Virus record (IMG/VR): IMGVR_UViG_3300047400_000324
Coordinates: 11,757 to 75,756 of that record
Source of the DNA: a virus
Lineage: Duplodnaviria; Caudoviricetes
Strand: one strand, 5' to 3'
Length of the DNA stretch: 64,000 bases
Positions 9,240-19,087 of the stretch are shown piece by piece. Numbering within the stretch: the stretch's first letter is position 1; the number at the start of each line of letters is the position of its first letter. The position numbers and the translations under genes were made by a program. Below the pieces are notes generated by a model, which saw nothing but the letters and a program-made list of their open reading frames with translations, was not told the origin of the DNA and did not search any database.

Positions 9240-10255
9240 CGGCGATTTGTTGTGCTATATGAAAACATCATTTTTGGAATGTTTCTGTTTTCAGGATTTG
9301 GATATATGGAAAGCAATTCCTCAAGCATATCTTTCCATTGATCCGCTATTCGATTTGCATTGTACCTGTAATTGGCATATCCCTTTTGCAATTGCAATTT
9401 GCTTTCCGGAAAATTTTTATTTTGTATAGCCAATATAGCATTTTCCAACTTTTCATAAAACATTCTAGCATGCAACTGTTGATCCGCATGGAATTGATAC
9501 ATTTCTGTTAAATTTCCGGATGTATCCGATAGTCCAGCCAAATTGGGATGCACGCAAATACATCCAGATGACATTGCTTCTATCAAAGACCTTGAATTGC
9601 ATTCCATCCATATGGATGGATATGAAAAAATATCAGCGGCGGCAACAGTTTTTCTAACTTCTTCATTTGCAGCATAGCCATGATATACAATTTGCGGGTG
9701 TTGCCTGCAAGTTTCATATAAAGGCTCGTATTGCTTATCCATTTCTTCCCATCCATAAATTTTGAAACTAGAAAATACATCAAGATGGATATTGGGATAT
9801 TTCTTGGCCAATTCGACAAAAACGGGAACAAGTAATGACAAACCTCGTTGAGGAGTCGAAGTATAAACAAGACGAATTTTACCATCGTTTGGCTTAGCAT
9901 CTATAATTTCTTTTTCTGTAAATGGAACTATTGGTGTATCTAAAACAATCAATTTATTGGTTGGTTGTATATTTAACTTAGACAAAAACGAATTATATTG
10001 CCAATTTCCACAAAAAACAATTTTATGAAATCTGTCTTGACTTGTTTTTTCTTTAAGATGATTTGTTTCAGGATCTTCCGGGAGATCATGTAAATGATAT
10101 ATACGGATTTTATCATCATTTAAATGAGTAACTCTAGATGGAATGATTTGGAAATCTTCTAGTAAATCAGTTGGCAATAATGATTGCAATTGGCGTGATA
10201 CTTGTTCAGTACCTCCATTAGATTTCTCTTGCATTTCTGTGTAATAAAAACCCAT
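9236..10255 (-). CDS. GT-B glycosyltransferase (GT4-like)
   Basis: YTSTPQRGL, YPSIWMECNSRSLIEAMSSG (E-X7-E-like motif). Confidence 0.85.
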   Translation of the reverse strand: MGFYYTEMQEKSNGGTEQVSRQLQSLLPTDLLEDFQIIPSRVTHLNDDKIRIYHLHDLPEDPETNHLKEKTSQDRFHKIVFCGNWQYNSFLSKLNIQPTNKLIVLDTPIVPFTEKEIIDAKPNDGKIRLVYTSTPQRGLSLLVPVFVELAKKYPNIHLDVFSSFKIYGWEEMDKQYEPLYETCRQHPQIVYHGYAANEEVRKTVAAADIFSYPSIWMECNSRSLIEAMSSGCICVHPNLAGLSDTSGNLTEMYQFHADQQLHARMFYEKLENAILAIQNKNFPESKLQLQKGYANYRYNANRIADQWKDMLEELLSIYPNPENRNIPKMMFSYSTTNRR

Positions 10256-10328
10256 TTTTAAAAAAACTCCATTTTATAATCAGCTAATATGAAAAGATGG
10301 CACTTTGATAGATGTAGAAATTAAAACA

Positions 10329-11297
10329 TCATATTTTTCTATACTCCATCGCAGAATTTATCATATAATCTAAATCGTCATGCAAATAATTGAAACCAGT
10401 TTCACGGATAAATTTGTCATTATTTGCCACAAGATATTGTGGATCACCTTCTCTTCTAGGACCAATTTCTGTTTTTATATTTCCAACCAGTTCTTGAAAT
10501 TTATTCACGATTTGATTTACAGAAAATCCTTTAGAAGAACCTAAATTGTATGAGTTGAAATAAGGAAATTCTGTTTGTCTTAAAATATTATCCATGTGTA
10601 TCATAGCTCTTGCAATATCGATAACATGGACATAATCTCGTATGCAAGTACCATCAGGTGTCATATAATCGTTGCCATTTATAATAAATGTTTCAGAATT
10701 TTTATAACAATCGATAAGTCTATTTAAAATGTGAGGAGTATTTGGCAATTGTCCTACATCTTCATATGCGCCTGCAACATTGAAAAATCTAAATGCGACA
10801 GATTTCCAATTCATTTTATCGTAACATGACCGAATCATTTGTTCGGTCATAAGTTTCGATAATCCATAATTGTTTGGAGGAACAAGAAAACTTATATCTT
10901 CATAACAGGCAATATCTGTTATAGCATATGTTGCGGCAGTACTTGCAAAAATAAACCTTCTATCTTTACCAATATTATTCATGAGCGATGTAGTTTTAGC
11001 AGTATTGTTATTGAAATAAAGCAAAGGATCGAAAGCGCTTGGTCCCAAAAGACTCGATGCCGCTAAATGAAAAACTGTAGCATCTTCAAATCTATCTAAA
11101 ATCGCATTGGTACGAGTGCTTTTTATATCGCACAAAAAGGATTCATCTACATATTTATTTCGTTTATCGTAGATATCGTATACCGATCTTGAATCGGTAT
11201 CTATACCAACAACATAGTAATCGTTTTCTTTGAGAAGTTTGGTCAATACATTTCCAATATAACCAAAATAACCAGTAACTATTGCACGTTTTTCCAT
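10329..11297 (-). CDS. galE: NAD-dependent epimerase, UDP-glucose 4-epimerase-like
   Basis: VTGYFGYIG, FASTAATY, YGLSK, FRFFNVAGA, DGTCIRDYVHV, YNLG, RREGDP. Confidence 0.88.
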   Translation of the reverse strand: MEKRAIVTGYFGYIGNVLTKLLKENDYYVVGIDTDSRSVYDIYDKRNKYVDESFLCDIKSTRTNAILDRFEDATVFHLAASSLLGPSAFDPLLYFNNNTAKTTSLMNNIGKDRRFIFASTAATYAITDIACYEDISFLVPPNNYGLSKLMTEQMIRSCYDKMNWKSVAFRFFNVAGAYEDVGQLPNTPHILNRLIDCYKNSETFIINGNDYMTPDGTCIRDYVHVIDIARAMIHMDNILRQTEFPYFNSYNLGSSKGFSVNQIVNKFQELVGNIKTEIGPRREGDPQYLVANNDKFIRETGFNYLHDDLDYMINSAMEYRKI

Positions 11298-11300
11298 AGA

Positions 11301-11915
11301 TTATTGAATCTCATTCACTTTTGTATAAGTAGCATTTATACTAGTATATCTACCATATTCAGAAATAATATCAGAGCGTATGAATCCATATTTTGAAAAA
11401 ATATCGTTCCACCAAGTTTCTTCTTTCAATGTTACATGATAATTTTCATCAGGAAATGTTGCTATACCAACAATAAAATGACCATTCATATTGAGATGAT
11501 TGTTTACATTTATAAACAATTGATGCAAATCTTTTTCATATATATGTTCTAGAACATCGAACGCCGAAATTGCATCGAATTTTATTATTTGTTCAGAATC
11601 ATCTACAATTTTAAATGGTTTAGTTATATCTGCCGTAAAAAGATTATGGGGAATATTATTCCATTCTCCAGTTTTATTCTTAAATCCATAATCGCTACCA
11701 TCTATGCCAATTGCAAAAATATTATTTTTTATAAATTGCGATACAAATCCACCACCGGCACAACCCAAATCCAAATATTTCATGTTTGGGCCCAATTTAC
11801 GAATCAAATTTCTAACATATAAACCGTTTTTTGTATTATCTTGTTTAGTTCCCTTTGGATTTGTATGATCATAGCTTTCACATGCTATTGGAAAATCTGT
11901 CAATAATTTATGCAT
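11301..11915 (-). CDS. Class I SAM-dependent methyltransferase
   Basis: YLDLGCAGGGFV motif I; FDVLEHI. Confidence 0.85.
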   Translation of the reverse strand: MHKLLTDFPIACESYDHTNPKGTKQDNTKNGLYVRNLIRKLGPNMKYLDLGCAGGGFVSQFIKNNIFAIGIDGSDYGFKNKTGEWNNIPHNLFTADITKPFKIVDDSEQIIKFDAISAFDVLEHIYEKDLHQLFINVNNHLNMNGHFIVGIATFPDENYHVTLKEETWWNDIFSKYGFIRSDIISEYGRYTSINATYTKVNEIQ

Positions 11916-12318
11916 TTTTTATCCTTTCTCTAAGTTCCGAAGAACTCCATCCATGTTCACGGGAAAAATAAATCAATCCAATTCCCTTATTTTTACAAAC
12001 GTTTTTGCCGGTAAATTCATTTGAGTTATAATCGTCTCCAAGGAATCTTAAATGTATATCGGTAGTAATCAATATATTGATTAAATCTTTTTCCGTATCA
12101 TAAGGAATAATATCATCGACATATTTTGTAGATGATAGTTGCAACCATCTTTCATATAAACTTTGAATCGGTTTATTCTTTTCTGGTCTTTCTATAGATG
12201 GATCGCTATGCAAACCAACTATAAGACGATTGCATTTCATTTTGCATGATTTAAAAAGAGAAATATGCCCTGGATGAAGTAAATCGAAAGTACCGCATGT
12301 AAAACCAATAGTAGTCAT
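11908..12318 (-). CDS. HIGH-family sugar-phosphate nucleotidyltransferase (TagD/HldC-like)
   Basis: GTFDLLHPGH, LIVGLHSD, KPIQSLYER, GDDY, SSSELRERI. Confidence 0.88.
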   Translation of the reverse strand: MTTIGFTCGTFDLLHPGHISLFKSCKMKCNRLIVGLHSDPSIERPEKNKPIQSLYERWLQLSSTKYVDDIIPYDTEKDLINILITTDIHLRFLGDDYNSNEFTGKNVCKNKGIGLIYFSREHGWSSSELRERIKNA

Positions 12319-12329
12319 TTTTTTTATTT

Positions 12330-12719
12330 TTAAGCCTTACGATTGATAAATCGCTTCTTTATATTCTTAGCTTTGAAATATTCACGAACTAACTTTTCAA
12401 CAACCGAACTGTCATATTCTTTGCAAGAAAAAACATCCAAATACAATTCATTCAATTCATTTACAAAATGACAACAGATATTGCTTGTTTCAATAAGTTG
12501 AACCAGCGTAAATCCAGCTTTGTCTCCACTGCCAAAATCTACAATTTGTGGTTCCCCATAAGCTACCATATCGATATCGTTTACCAATTGCTTAGCAAAA
12601 TTATAAACATTGGTATAATTCGTAATCAATTCATAATCGCATTCAGATGCATCTATGATAGTGTGATATCCCCACCAAGATTGTTTTTGTGTTTCAGTCA
12701 TCAACTTAATTCCCATCAA
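12330..12719 (-). CDS. speD: Pyruvoyl-dependent S-adenosylmethionine decarboxylase-like proenzyme (copy 1)
   Basis: GYHTIIDASEC, AGFTLVQLIETSNICCHF, YLDVFSCK. Confidence 0.8.
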   Translation of the reverse strand: MMGIKLMTETQKQSWWGYHTIIDASECDYELITNYTNVYNFAKQLVNDIDMVAYGEPQIVDFGSGDKAGFTLVQLIETSNICCHFVNELNELYLDVFSCKEYDSSVVEKLVREYFKAKNIKKRFINRKA

Positions 12720-13006
12720 TAATTATCTATAATTTGAACATAAAGAACGCTATCTATACGAAACGATCTCCAGCCATTTGCTACAACATCCCAAGCTGCA
12801 ATGACATCTGGATTTTTAACATGAAAATCATTTTCTTCACGTTGTTCTTCTAAATTTCTTTGATAAAGTTCTGGCAACAAATGTGTTTGTAGAGTACAAC
12901 GCATTATGCGTTGTTCACCATTTACTTTAGTAAAATGAACTTCAATAACATGTTCACGAAGGTCCTTAAGCAAAGTATCGCGTGAATACTGACCACTTTT
13001 CATCAT
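12716..13006 (-). CDS. Conserved phage SH3-like beta-barrel protein (DUF2693-like)
   Basis: VHFTKVNGEQRIMRCTL ... AWDV...GWRSFR. Confidence 0.7.
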   Translation of the reverse strand: MMKSGQYSRDTLLKDLREHVIEVHFTKVNGEQRIMRCTLQTHLLPELYQRNLEEQREENDFHVKNPDVIAAWDVVANGWRSFRIDSVLYVQIIDNY

Positions 13007-13021
13007 ATTATATATCCTTAT

Positions 13022-13282
13022 TTATTCAGTAAGAAATACTTCTGTAGAATTGGCATGATTCAATGAAATATGTTCATTCAATTCTGTATAACCGCCAATA
13101 TAAAATCCATCGATAACAATTACTGGAAAGGATTTTGCAGATGGAAATTTAGAAAGCAGTATTTCTCTCGTAAAATCTTTACCAAGTTTATATTCCTGAA
13201 AGGAAATATTATTTTCTATCAATAGAAATTTGGATCTTGTGCAATAATTGCAATTATCCTTTGTGTATAGTTCGAATTTCAT
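13022..13282 (-). CDS. Glutaredoxin
   Basis: CNYC active site; SFPVI.IDG.YIGGY. Confidence 0.92.
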   Translation of the reverse strand: MKFELYTKDNCNYCTRSKFLLIENNISFQEYKLGKDFTREILLSKFPSAKSFPVIVIDGFYIGGYTELNEHISLNHANSTEVFLTE

Positions 13283-13773
13283 TACGAAATAGCCTCTGTA
13301 CCGCCAGCTCCAACAACAGTATATCGTTCGTTGTAATTGGAAAGTTCGGCAAAATAAGAAGTAAATTTGCTCACGGCTTCTTCAAAAGTCTTTGCCCAAA
13401 CAAGGCGTTCTTGTTCAGCAAATACAGAATCAGATCCAATTGCATCTCTTCGAACTCTGCCCTTTATAAGGAAAAGAGTATTGAAAGAATCTTCATTTAC
13501 TGCCGGCAAGGCAATCATATTTGGTGTAGCTACTGGGTCAGTATCTGGTATAGAATTCTTTGGCTTCAGAGGATACTTCAGTCCCTTATTCCAAGGAACT
13601 TTCTTAGGTTTATCCGATTCTACATTTACATTTGCAGTTCCATTCATAACCGCAGTATAAAGAGCATCGTTATCGCCCTCTGTTTCATAATCGAATTCTC
13701 GTGGAGAATTTTCTACTTTAGTTTCTTCTGGCATAATGTACCTCATTATTTTTTTGAATAATTTCAACTTCAA
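13282..13773 (-). CDS. Hypothetical protein
   Basis: In-operon ORF; the true start may be downstream of 13773. Confidence 0.6.
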   Translation of the reverse strand: MKLKLFKKIMRYIMPEETKVENSPREFDYETEGDNDALYTAVMNGTANVNVESDKPKKVPWNKGLKYPLKPKNSIPDTDPVATPNMIALPAVNEDSFNTLFLIKGRVRRDAIGSDSVFAEQERLVWAKTFEEAVSKFTSYFAELSNYNERYTVVGAGGTEAIS

Positions 13774-14290
13774 CTTTTGCTACTCCTTTATCGATAAGAC
13801 CTAGGAGTTTGGCCGAAGATTCACTTAAATCGAATTCACGACCTTTTATATATGGTCCTCTATCGTTTACACGAGCAATGACCGTTATACCTGTATTTAT
13901 ATTCATAAATCTAACCATTGTTCCAAATGGAAGAGTTTTATGTGCTACAGTAAATGCATGAGGATTATATCTCTCACCGCTCGCAGTAATTCCACGTTGT
14001 TTATACCAAGATACGTAAACAATACGTGTTGTTTTTGATTTCCTATTTACAATAGGATGAGCATTTAACGGCACAATAGTTGCAACCGATTTTGGCTCTT
14101 CTGACATTGAAGCCTTCGAAGTCTGGGCAGTAGCATCTAAAGATGCTGTTTTTATAACTGTGGTATCGACTTGCTGGTCGATAATTGCAATCGCTTTCGT
14201 TTCATAAACGTTGGTGTTTTTAACAGAGTCACCAACAACCCCCAAAGTAGTGCCCAAACCTAGAAGACCACAACAAATGGTCTTAAACAT
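13718..14290 (-). CDS. rlpA: RlpA-like (DPBB) lytic transglycosylase with signal peptide
   Basis: SWY...TASGERYNPHAFTVAHKTLPFGTMVR...RVNDRGPYIKGREFDLSESSA. Confidence 0.88.
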   Translation of the reverse strand: MFKTICCGLLGLGTTLGVVGDSVKNTNVYETKAIAIIDQQVDTTVIKTASLDATAQTSKASMSEEPKSVATIVPLNAHPIVNRKSKTTRIVYVSWYKQRGITASGERYNPHAFTVAHKTLPFGTMVRFMNINTGITVIARVNDRGPYIKGREFDLSESSAKLLGLIDKGVAKVEVEIIQKNNEVHYARRN

Positions 14291-14317
14291 TGGTTTGTCT
14301 CCTTTTATAATATATAT

Positions 14318-14797
14318 TTATGCTGCCGCTTGCAGTTCCTTAAATCTATCGGCAGCGGCAGAGGCTGCAAATGCAGCAGGTTTTACAACAGGTTTAATAT
14401 TGCATGTTCCAACAATATATCCTATTGCTTGTTGAATGACACACGATGAACCTCTTTGTTCATCTGGATTTAAATCGAGATGTATTTCCGTATACCGTTC
14501 TCCTATCGATGATTTTATTTTTTCATAAAATTCGACTACTTTATAAACCTCCTTCATCAATCTTATAGAAGGTTTTCCTGGTCTTACATCATAATCCATT
14601 TCTCTAGTTACTTCACCAAATATTTTAGCGCCGCGATTGCCATCTATATGTATAACAGCAACCGTCGCATAATCTGCCATCCATTTATTTTTATATCTAA
14701 ATCTTTCTGAATCGCATCCTATGTATATCTTAGAATTTGCAGACGAGGCTGCAATATAAGATGTGACTTGATTTATATCTAATGAGTTCATAATCAT
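14318..14797 (-). CDS. YkuK/DUF458 RNase H-like protein
   Basis: KIYIGCDS, RLMKEV, EIHLDLN, KP.AFAASAAADR. Confidence 0.75.
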   Translation of the reverse strand: MIMNSLDINQVTSYIAASSANSKIYIGCDSERFRYKNKWMADYATVAVIHIDGNRGAKIFGEVTREMDYDVRPGKPSIRLMKEVYKVVEFYEKIKSSIGERYTEIHLDLNPDEQRGSSCVIQQAIGYIVGTCNIKPVVKPAAFAASAAADRFKELQAAA

Positions 14798-14801
14798 GAT
14801 A

Positions 14802-15227
14802 TTATATCAGTTTATGTGAATTGTCAACAAAAATTTTTCTCAAATGCGATCTATGAACTTTTACAAAAATCCAATCGTTGTAAAATTTATCGGATTCCAA
14901 AACTTCATATTCAAACTGAAATTTTGCTTCAATATAGTTCATTTCACCACGAGTCTTGCACAATCTAAGAATAGTTCTAACAAATTTATTTTCGCCAACA
15001 GATTTGACTTCTTCAATTAAATATTTATTAGACCCCCAATATTTTTTCCAATCGGAATCAACTAATATTCTTTTTTTCTTGCCCTTTATTTGTTTCGTTT
15101 TTTTGAATTTCAACATTTTTTTACCAATATACATTTTGCCAGTATCGATACGAGAAATCATATAAACAAAACCTATGTAAGGAACAAGTTCAGCCTCATC
15201 TATTTCCTTTCCTTTGTATATCCACAT
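14802..15227 (-). CDS. GIY-YIG-family endonuclease-like protein
   Basis: GFVY.I.....GKMYIGKK, SDWKKYWGS, FYNDWI. Confidence 0.65.
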   Translation of the reverse strand: MWIYKGKEIDEAELVPYIGFVYMISRIDTGKMYIGKKMLKFKKTKQIKGKKKRILVDSDWKKYWGSNKYLIEEVKSVGENKFVRTILRLCKTRGEMNYIEAKFQFEYEVLESDKFYNDWIFVKVHRSHLRKIFVDNSHKLI

Positions 15228-15268
15228 ATTGAGAGTTCCATAATATATCTCTCAATATTTATATTTTT

Positions 15269-16378
15269 TTATAACGATAGATTTTCAAATGTATTGTTAT
15301 CTACATCTTTCTTGATACCACCAATAATATATGAAATAATTTGGGTTTCTTGAGGTGCCACTTGAATTTCAGCTCCACTTATCCATTTTCCTGTCCATGG
15401 AAGAGGATTGGAACCTGTTTTATAAATTTGTGGCAATCCTAAACTTTGCATCCTCTTATTGACAATCCATTCCACATATTCATTAAGAAGTTGTGAATTC
15501 AACCCTATCATAGAACCATCTTTAAAAAGATAATCCGACCATTTCTTTTCTTGTTCAGCCGCAGAACGAAACATTTCAATGCATTCATCCCTTGTTTCTT
15601 CTTTGATTTTTATAAATTCTTCATCATCGACAGGAAGAATTTTTAAAATCTGTTGTGTTCCAGCAAGATGTAGATTTTCATCCCTGCAAATCAATTTAAT
15701 GATTTTAGCATTTCCTTCCATTTTCTTAAGTTCAGCAAAAGCCCAAGAACAAGCAAAACTCACATAAAATCTAATACCTTCTAAAATGTTGACAGACATC
15801 AATGCCAACCAAAGAGCTTTTTTATGCGAATATGAAGATACCGAAATATTCGAATATGCATTCAAAGAACTGTTAAAATAAATCAAATCATCATAATATC
15901 TGCTAATATCGTTAGCACAATTTACAATTTCTTGAATATCCAAGATTCCATCCAATATTTCTGAAGGATCGGAAAATACATTACGGATAATATGTGTATA
16001 GGACCTAGAATGCACAGATTCACTGAAAGTCCATGCAGTCAACCAATTTTCCATTTCCGGAATAGAACAAATAGTCGAAAATGCCATCGTTGGCGCACGG
16101 CCTTGAACTGAATCCAAAAGAATTTGACGTTTCAAGTTACTGGTAAAAATATGTTTTTCATGATTTGTTAATGCACGAAAGTCTTTAATATCGCGAGTCA
16201 AATCTACTTCTTCAGGAACCCAGAAAAAACCCATAGAAGTTCTAGTCAATTTTTCTAAAAATGGATATTTTTGTTTATCGAATCTAGCAATTGTAGGTAT
16301 ACCAGATGTATCGAAAAACATCTTCGATTTCATATGATCTTGTTTATTTGTAGAATCGAATACACCGTTGAACATCAC
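15269..16378 (-). CDS. nrdB: Ribonucleotide reductase class Ia beta subunit
   Basis: FFWVPEEV, LDSVQGR, ESVHSRSY, LEGIRFYVSF, RDENLH, VAPQET. Confidence 0.97.
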   Translation of the reverse strand: MMFNGVFDSTNKQDHMKSKMFFDTSGIPTIARFDKQKYPFLEKLTRTSMGFFWVPEEVDLTRDIKDFRALTNHEKHIFTSNLKRQILLDSVQGRAPTMAFSTICSIPEMENWLTAWTFSESVHSRSYTHIIRNVFSDPSEILDGILDIQEIVNCANDISRYYDDLIYFNSSLNAYSNISVSSYSHKKALWLALMSVNILEGIRFYVSFACSWAFAELKKMEGNAKIIKLICRDENLHLAGTQQILKILPVDDEEFIKIKEETRDECIEMFRSAAEQEKKWSDYLFKDGSMIGLNSQLLNEYVEWIVNKRMQSLGLPQIYKTGSNPLPWTGKWISGAEIQVAPQETQIISYIIGGIKKDVDNNTFENLSL

Positions 16379-16575
16379 AGAAGAATTCCTTCAATTTCTT
16401 TATTGTCTATTTTTTCCAAACAATGTTCTGGAACAGAAACTTTTATATTATCGACCATTACAAGACATTGTGAACTCCGTGAAAAATGTATATCCATTAT
16501 TTTTCCAAATGTTCCTATAAAATAAAAATCATCCACCATCAGCTTTACTGCATCTCCGATTTTTAAATTTTGCAT
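16375..16575 (-). CDS. Hypothetical protein
   Basis: Small ORF between nrdA and nrdB, coupled to the nrdB start. Confidence 0.55.
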   Translation of the reverse strand: MQNLKIGDAVKLMVDDFYFIGTFGKIMDIHFSRSSQCLVMVDNIKVSVPEHCLEKIDNKEIEGILL

Positions 16576-16592
16576 TTAAAATTTTCCTACAT

Positions 16593-18869
16593 TTATATTG
16601 TACAAGAATCGCAATTTTCATCATCTTCCAACTCATCTTTATCCAATTGAATTTCTCCAGCTGAATCGTTTGTGTTGAAATAATATAATTGTTTTCCACC
16701 ATATTTGTAGAACATAATTATATGTTTTATGAGTTCTGATAACGGAAGTTCTTCATTTTCATAAAATTTTGGATTGTAACTTGTATTTACAGATATTCCC
16801 TGATCGATAAATTTTTGAAGAACCGCACAGATTTTCAAATATCCTTCAGGACTTTTTTGATCCCACAATAAATCATATTTATTTTTCAATCTACGAACAC
16901 CAGGAACAACTTGTTTTAAAACACCATCTTTAGAAGTTTTAATAGACACAAGCGCTCTAGGCGGTTCGATTCCATTTGTGCTGTTGCTTACCTGGGCGCT
17001 GGTCTCAGCCGGCATCAATGCCATCAAAGTAGAATTACGAATACCAAATTGTTTTGCTATCGATTTTAAATTATCCCAATCCATATAATAAATTGGATCT
17101 ACCAATTCATCTACCTCTTTCTTATATGTATCTATAGGCATAATTCCCATAGAATATTTCGTCTGATTCGACAAATTGCAAGCTTCTTTTTCAGAAGCAA
17201 GATCGACAGATGCTTTAATAAGATAATAAGACCATGCCTCTGCATATTCGTGAATTTTTTGCAAGCCTTCTTTTGTAATATTTTGATATGTCAAATCATT
17301 TTTAGCCAACCAATAAGCCAAATTGATTATACCTATACCAAGCGGTCTTCTATTATAAGTGCTTAATTGCGCCGCTACTATTGGATAATTTTGATAATCC
17401 AATAATTCATCCAAAGCTCTTACAGATAAATTGCACAAACGTTCAAAATCTTTTGGATGTTTAATTTTGCCCCAATTTATTGCTGAAAGCGTGCATAGGC
17501 TTATTTCGCCTGATGGATCGAATAAACTATTCAATGGTTTCGTGGGCAAATCCACTTCCTGGCAAAGATTCGATTGACGAATAGGTGCAATATCTTTAAT
17601 AAATGAACCATGATCATTTGCATGATCTACATTTTGCAAATAAATTCTTCCAGTATCTTTTCTTTCTTGTATAAAAATAGAAAACAAATCGATGGCAGGA
17701 ACAGACTTCTTTTTTATATTAACATCATTTTCATATTTTGTATACAATTCTCTAAATTTATCTACATCGATAAAAAATGATTCATATAAATCAGGAACGT
17801 CGTGAGGGCAAAACAGTGTAATATTTCCATTGGATAACAACCGTTCATACATAACTTTATTGAATTGAATTGAATAATCCATATTTCTAACACGTGTTTC
17901 ATCAGTGCCCTTATTGTTCTTAAGCACCAACAAATCTTCTATTTCTGCATGCCAAAACACTGTATGAATTGTTGCAGATCCGCCTCTAACTCCTCCTTGA
18001 GAACAACTTTTAGTTGCAGATTGAAACAGTTTATAGTATGGAATATTTCCTTCGGATGTAGCATCGCCCTTTCTAACTTGAGAACCAACCGCTCTAATAG
18101 AACCAGCGCCAATTCCAATACCAGCTTTTTGACTTACATATTTGATAATAGAACTAGAAGCTGCTATAATTGAATCCAGAGAATCGCCGGCTTCAATTAA
18201 AACGCATGAAGAAAATTGACGTTGTGGTGTCCTCAATCCTGCCATAATAGGAGTAGGTAATGATATTTCAAAATTGGAAATAGCATCATAAAAGTCTTTG
18301 ACATATTTGAGTCTAATTTCTTTGGAATATCGTTGAAACAAAGTCATAGCTATAAGCATGAAAGCCATTTGCGGCGTTTCATAATATTTTTTTGTGGCAC
18401 GATTTTTTACAAGATATTTTCCACGAAATTGTTCCATTCCTGCATATGCAATATTGTAATCACGTGAATGATCTATTTGTTTATTCAACCAATCTATATC
18501 GTTTTTATCATAATTTTTAAGAATACTATTATCGTAATATCCTTCATTTACGACATTTTCTATATGATTATAAAGATCGATTGGTTCTTGTGAATTATAA
18601 ATTTCTTTTCGAAGATTTGCATTGATCAATCTAGAAGCAACATATTGATAATTGGGCGTATCTTCGCTTATCAATTCGGCAGAAGCCTTGATTAAAGTTT
18701 CATGTATATCTTTTGTTTTGATTTTATCATAAAATTGAACATTGGATTTCAATTCAATAAGACTTTCAGAAACTCCTGTAAACCCTTCGCATGCCCATGA
18801 AGTGACTTTATGAAACTTATAAAGATCAAGAGGTTCAATTTTTCCATTACGTTTTGTTACATTTATCAT
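16593..18869 (-). CDS. nrdA: Ribonucleotide reductase class Ia alpha subunit (with ATP cone)
   Basis: VTKRNG ATP cone, QFSSCVL, SNLCQE, ALMPAETSA, C-terminal CDSC. Confidence 0.97.
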   Translation of the reverse strand: MINVTKRNGKIEPLDLYKFHKVTSWACEGFTGVSESLIELKSNVQFYDKIKTKDIHETLIKASAELISEDTPNYQYVASRLINANLRKEIYNSQEPIDLYNHIENVVNEGYYDNSILKNYDKNDIDWLNKQIDHSRDYNIAYAGMEQFRGKYLVKNRATKKYYETPQMAFMLIAMTLFQRYSKEIRLKYVKDFYDAISNFEISLPTPIMAGLRTPQRQFSSCVLIEAGDSLDSIIAASSSIIKYVSQKAGIGIGAGSIRAVGSQVRKGDATSEGNIPYYKLFQSATKSCSQGGVRGGSATIHTVFWHAEIEDLLVLKNNKGTDETRVRNMDYSIQFNKVMYERLLSNGNITLFCPHDVPDLYESFFIDVDKFRELYTKYENDVNIKKKSVPAIDLFSIFIQERKDTGRIYLQNVDHANDHGSFIKDIAPIRQSNLCQEVDLPTKPLNSLFDPSGEISLCTLSAINWGKIKHPKDFERLCNLSVRALDELLDYQNYPIVAAQLSTYNRRPLGIGIINLAYWLAKNDLTYQNITKEGLQKIHEYAEAWSYYLIKASVDLASEKEACNLSNQTKYSMGIMPIDTYKKEVDELVDPIYYMDWDNLKSIAKQFGIRNSTLMALMPAETSAQVSNSTNGIEPPRALVSIKTSKDGVLKQVVPGVRRLKNKYDLLWDQKSPEGYLKICAVLQKFIDQGISVNTSYNPKFYENEELPLSELIKHIIMFYKYGGKQLYYFNTNDSAGEIQLDKDELEDDENCDSCTI

Positions 18870-18881
18870 TTTTGATCTTTC

Positions 18882-19043
18882 TTATTTCTTTATATGTGTA
18901 TTCGAAGAATTGTCAAGAAAAAAATCGATTATATCTATAGCTAAGCTGACTATATTTGCATATTCAAATTTTTTATCGGCAGTCAATTTATCTTCAAGTA
19001 GTTTCATTCTCTCAATATGTTTGTTTATAGTATTTGAGTTCAT
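18882..19043 (-). CDS. Small hypothetical protein (53 aa, not in the ORF track)
   Basis: MNSNTINKHIERMK...HIKK*, with GGAG upstream. Confidence 0.45.
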   Translation of the reverse strand: MNSNTINKHIERMKLLEDKLTADKKFEYANIVSLAIDIIDFFLDNSSNTHIKK

Positions 19044-19087
19044 TAGTTCTACTCCAAACTAAATTGAGTAGAACTATTTAATATTAC

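Noticed and set aside
14802-15227. GIY-YIG gene as an active homing endonuclease
   Set aside because: Short, co-oriented, with no DNA-binding extension and no late-promoter leader like the HNH genes; mobility is unsupported.
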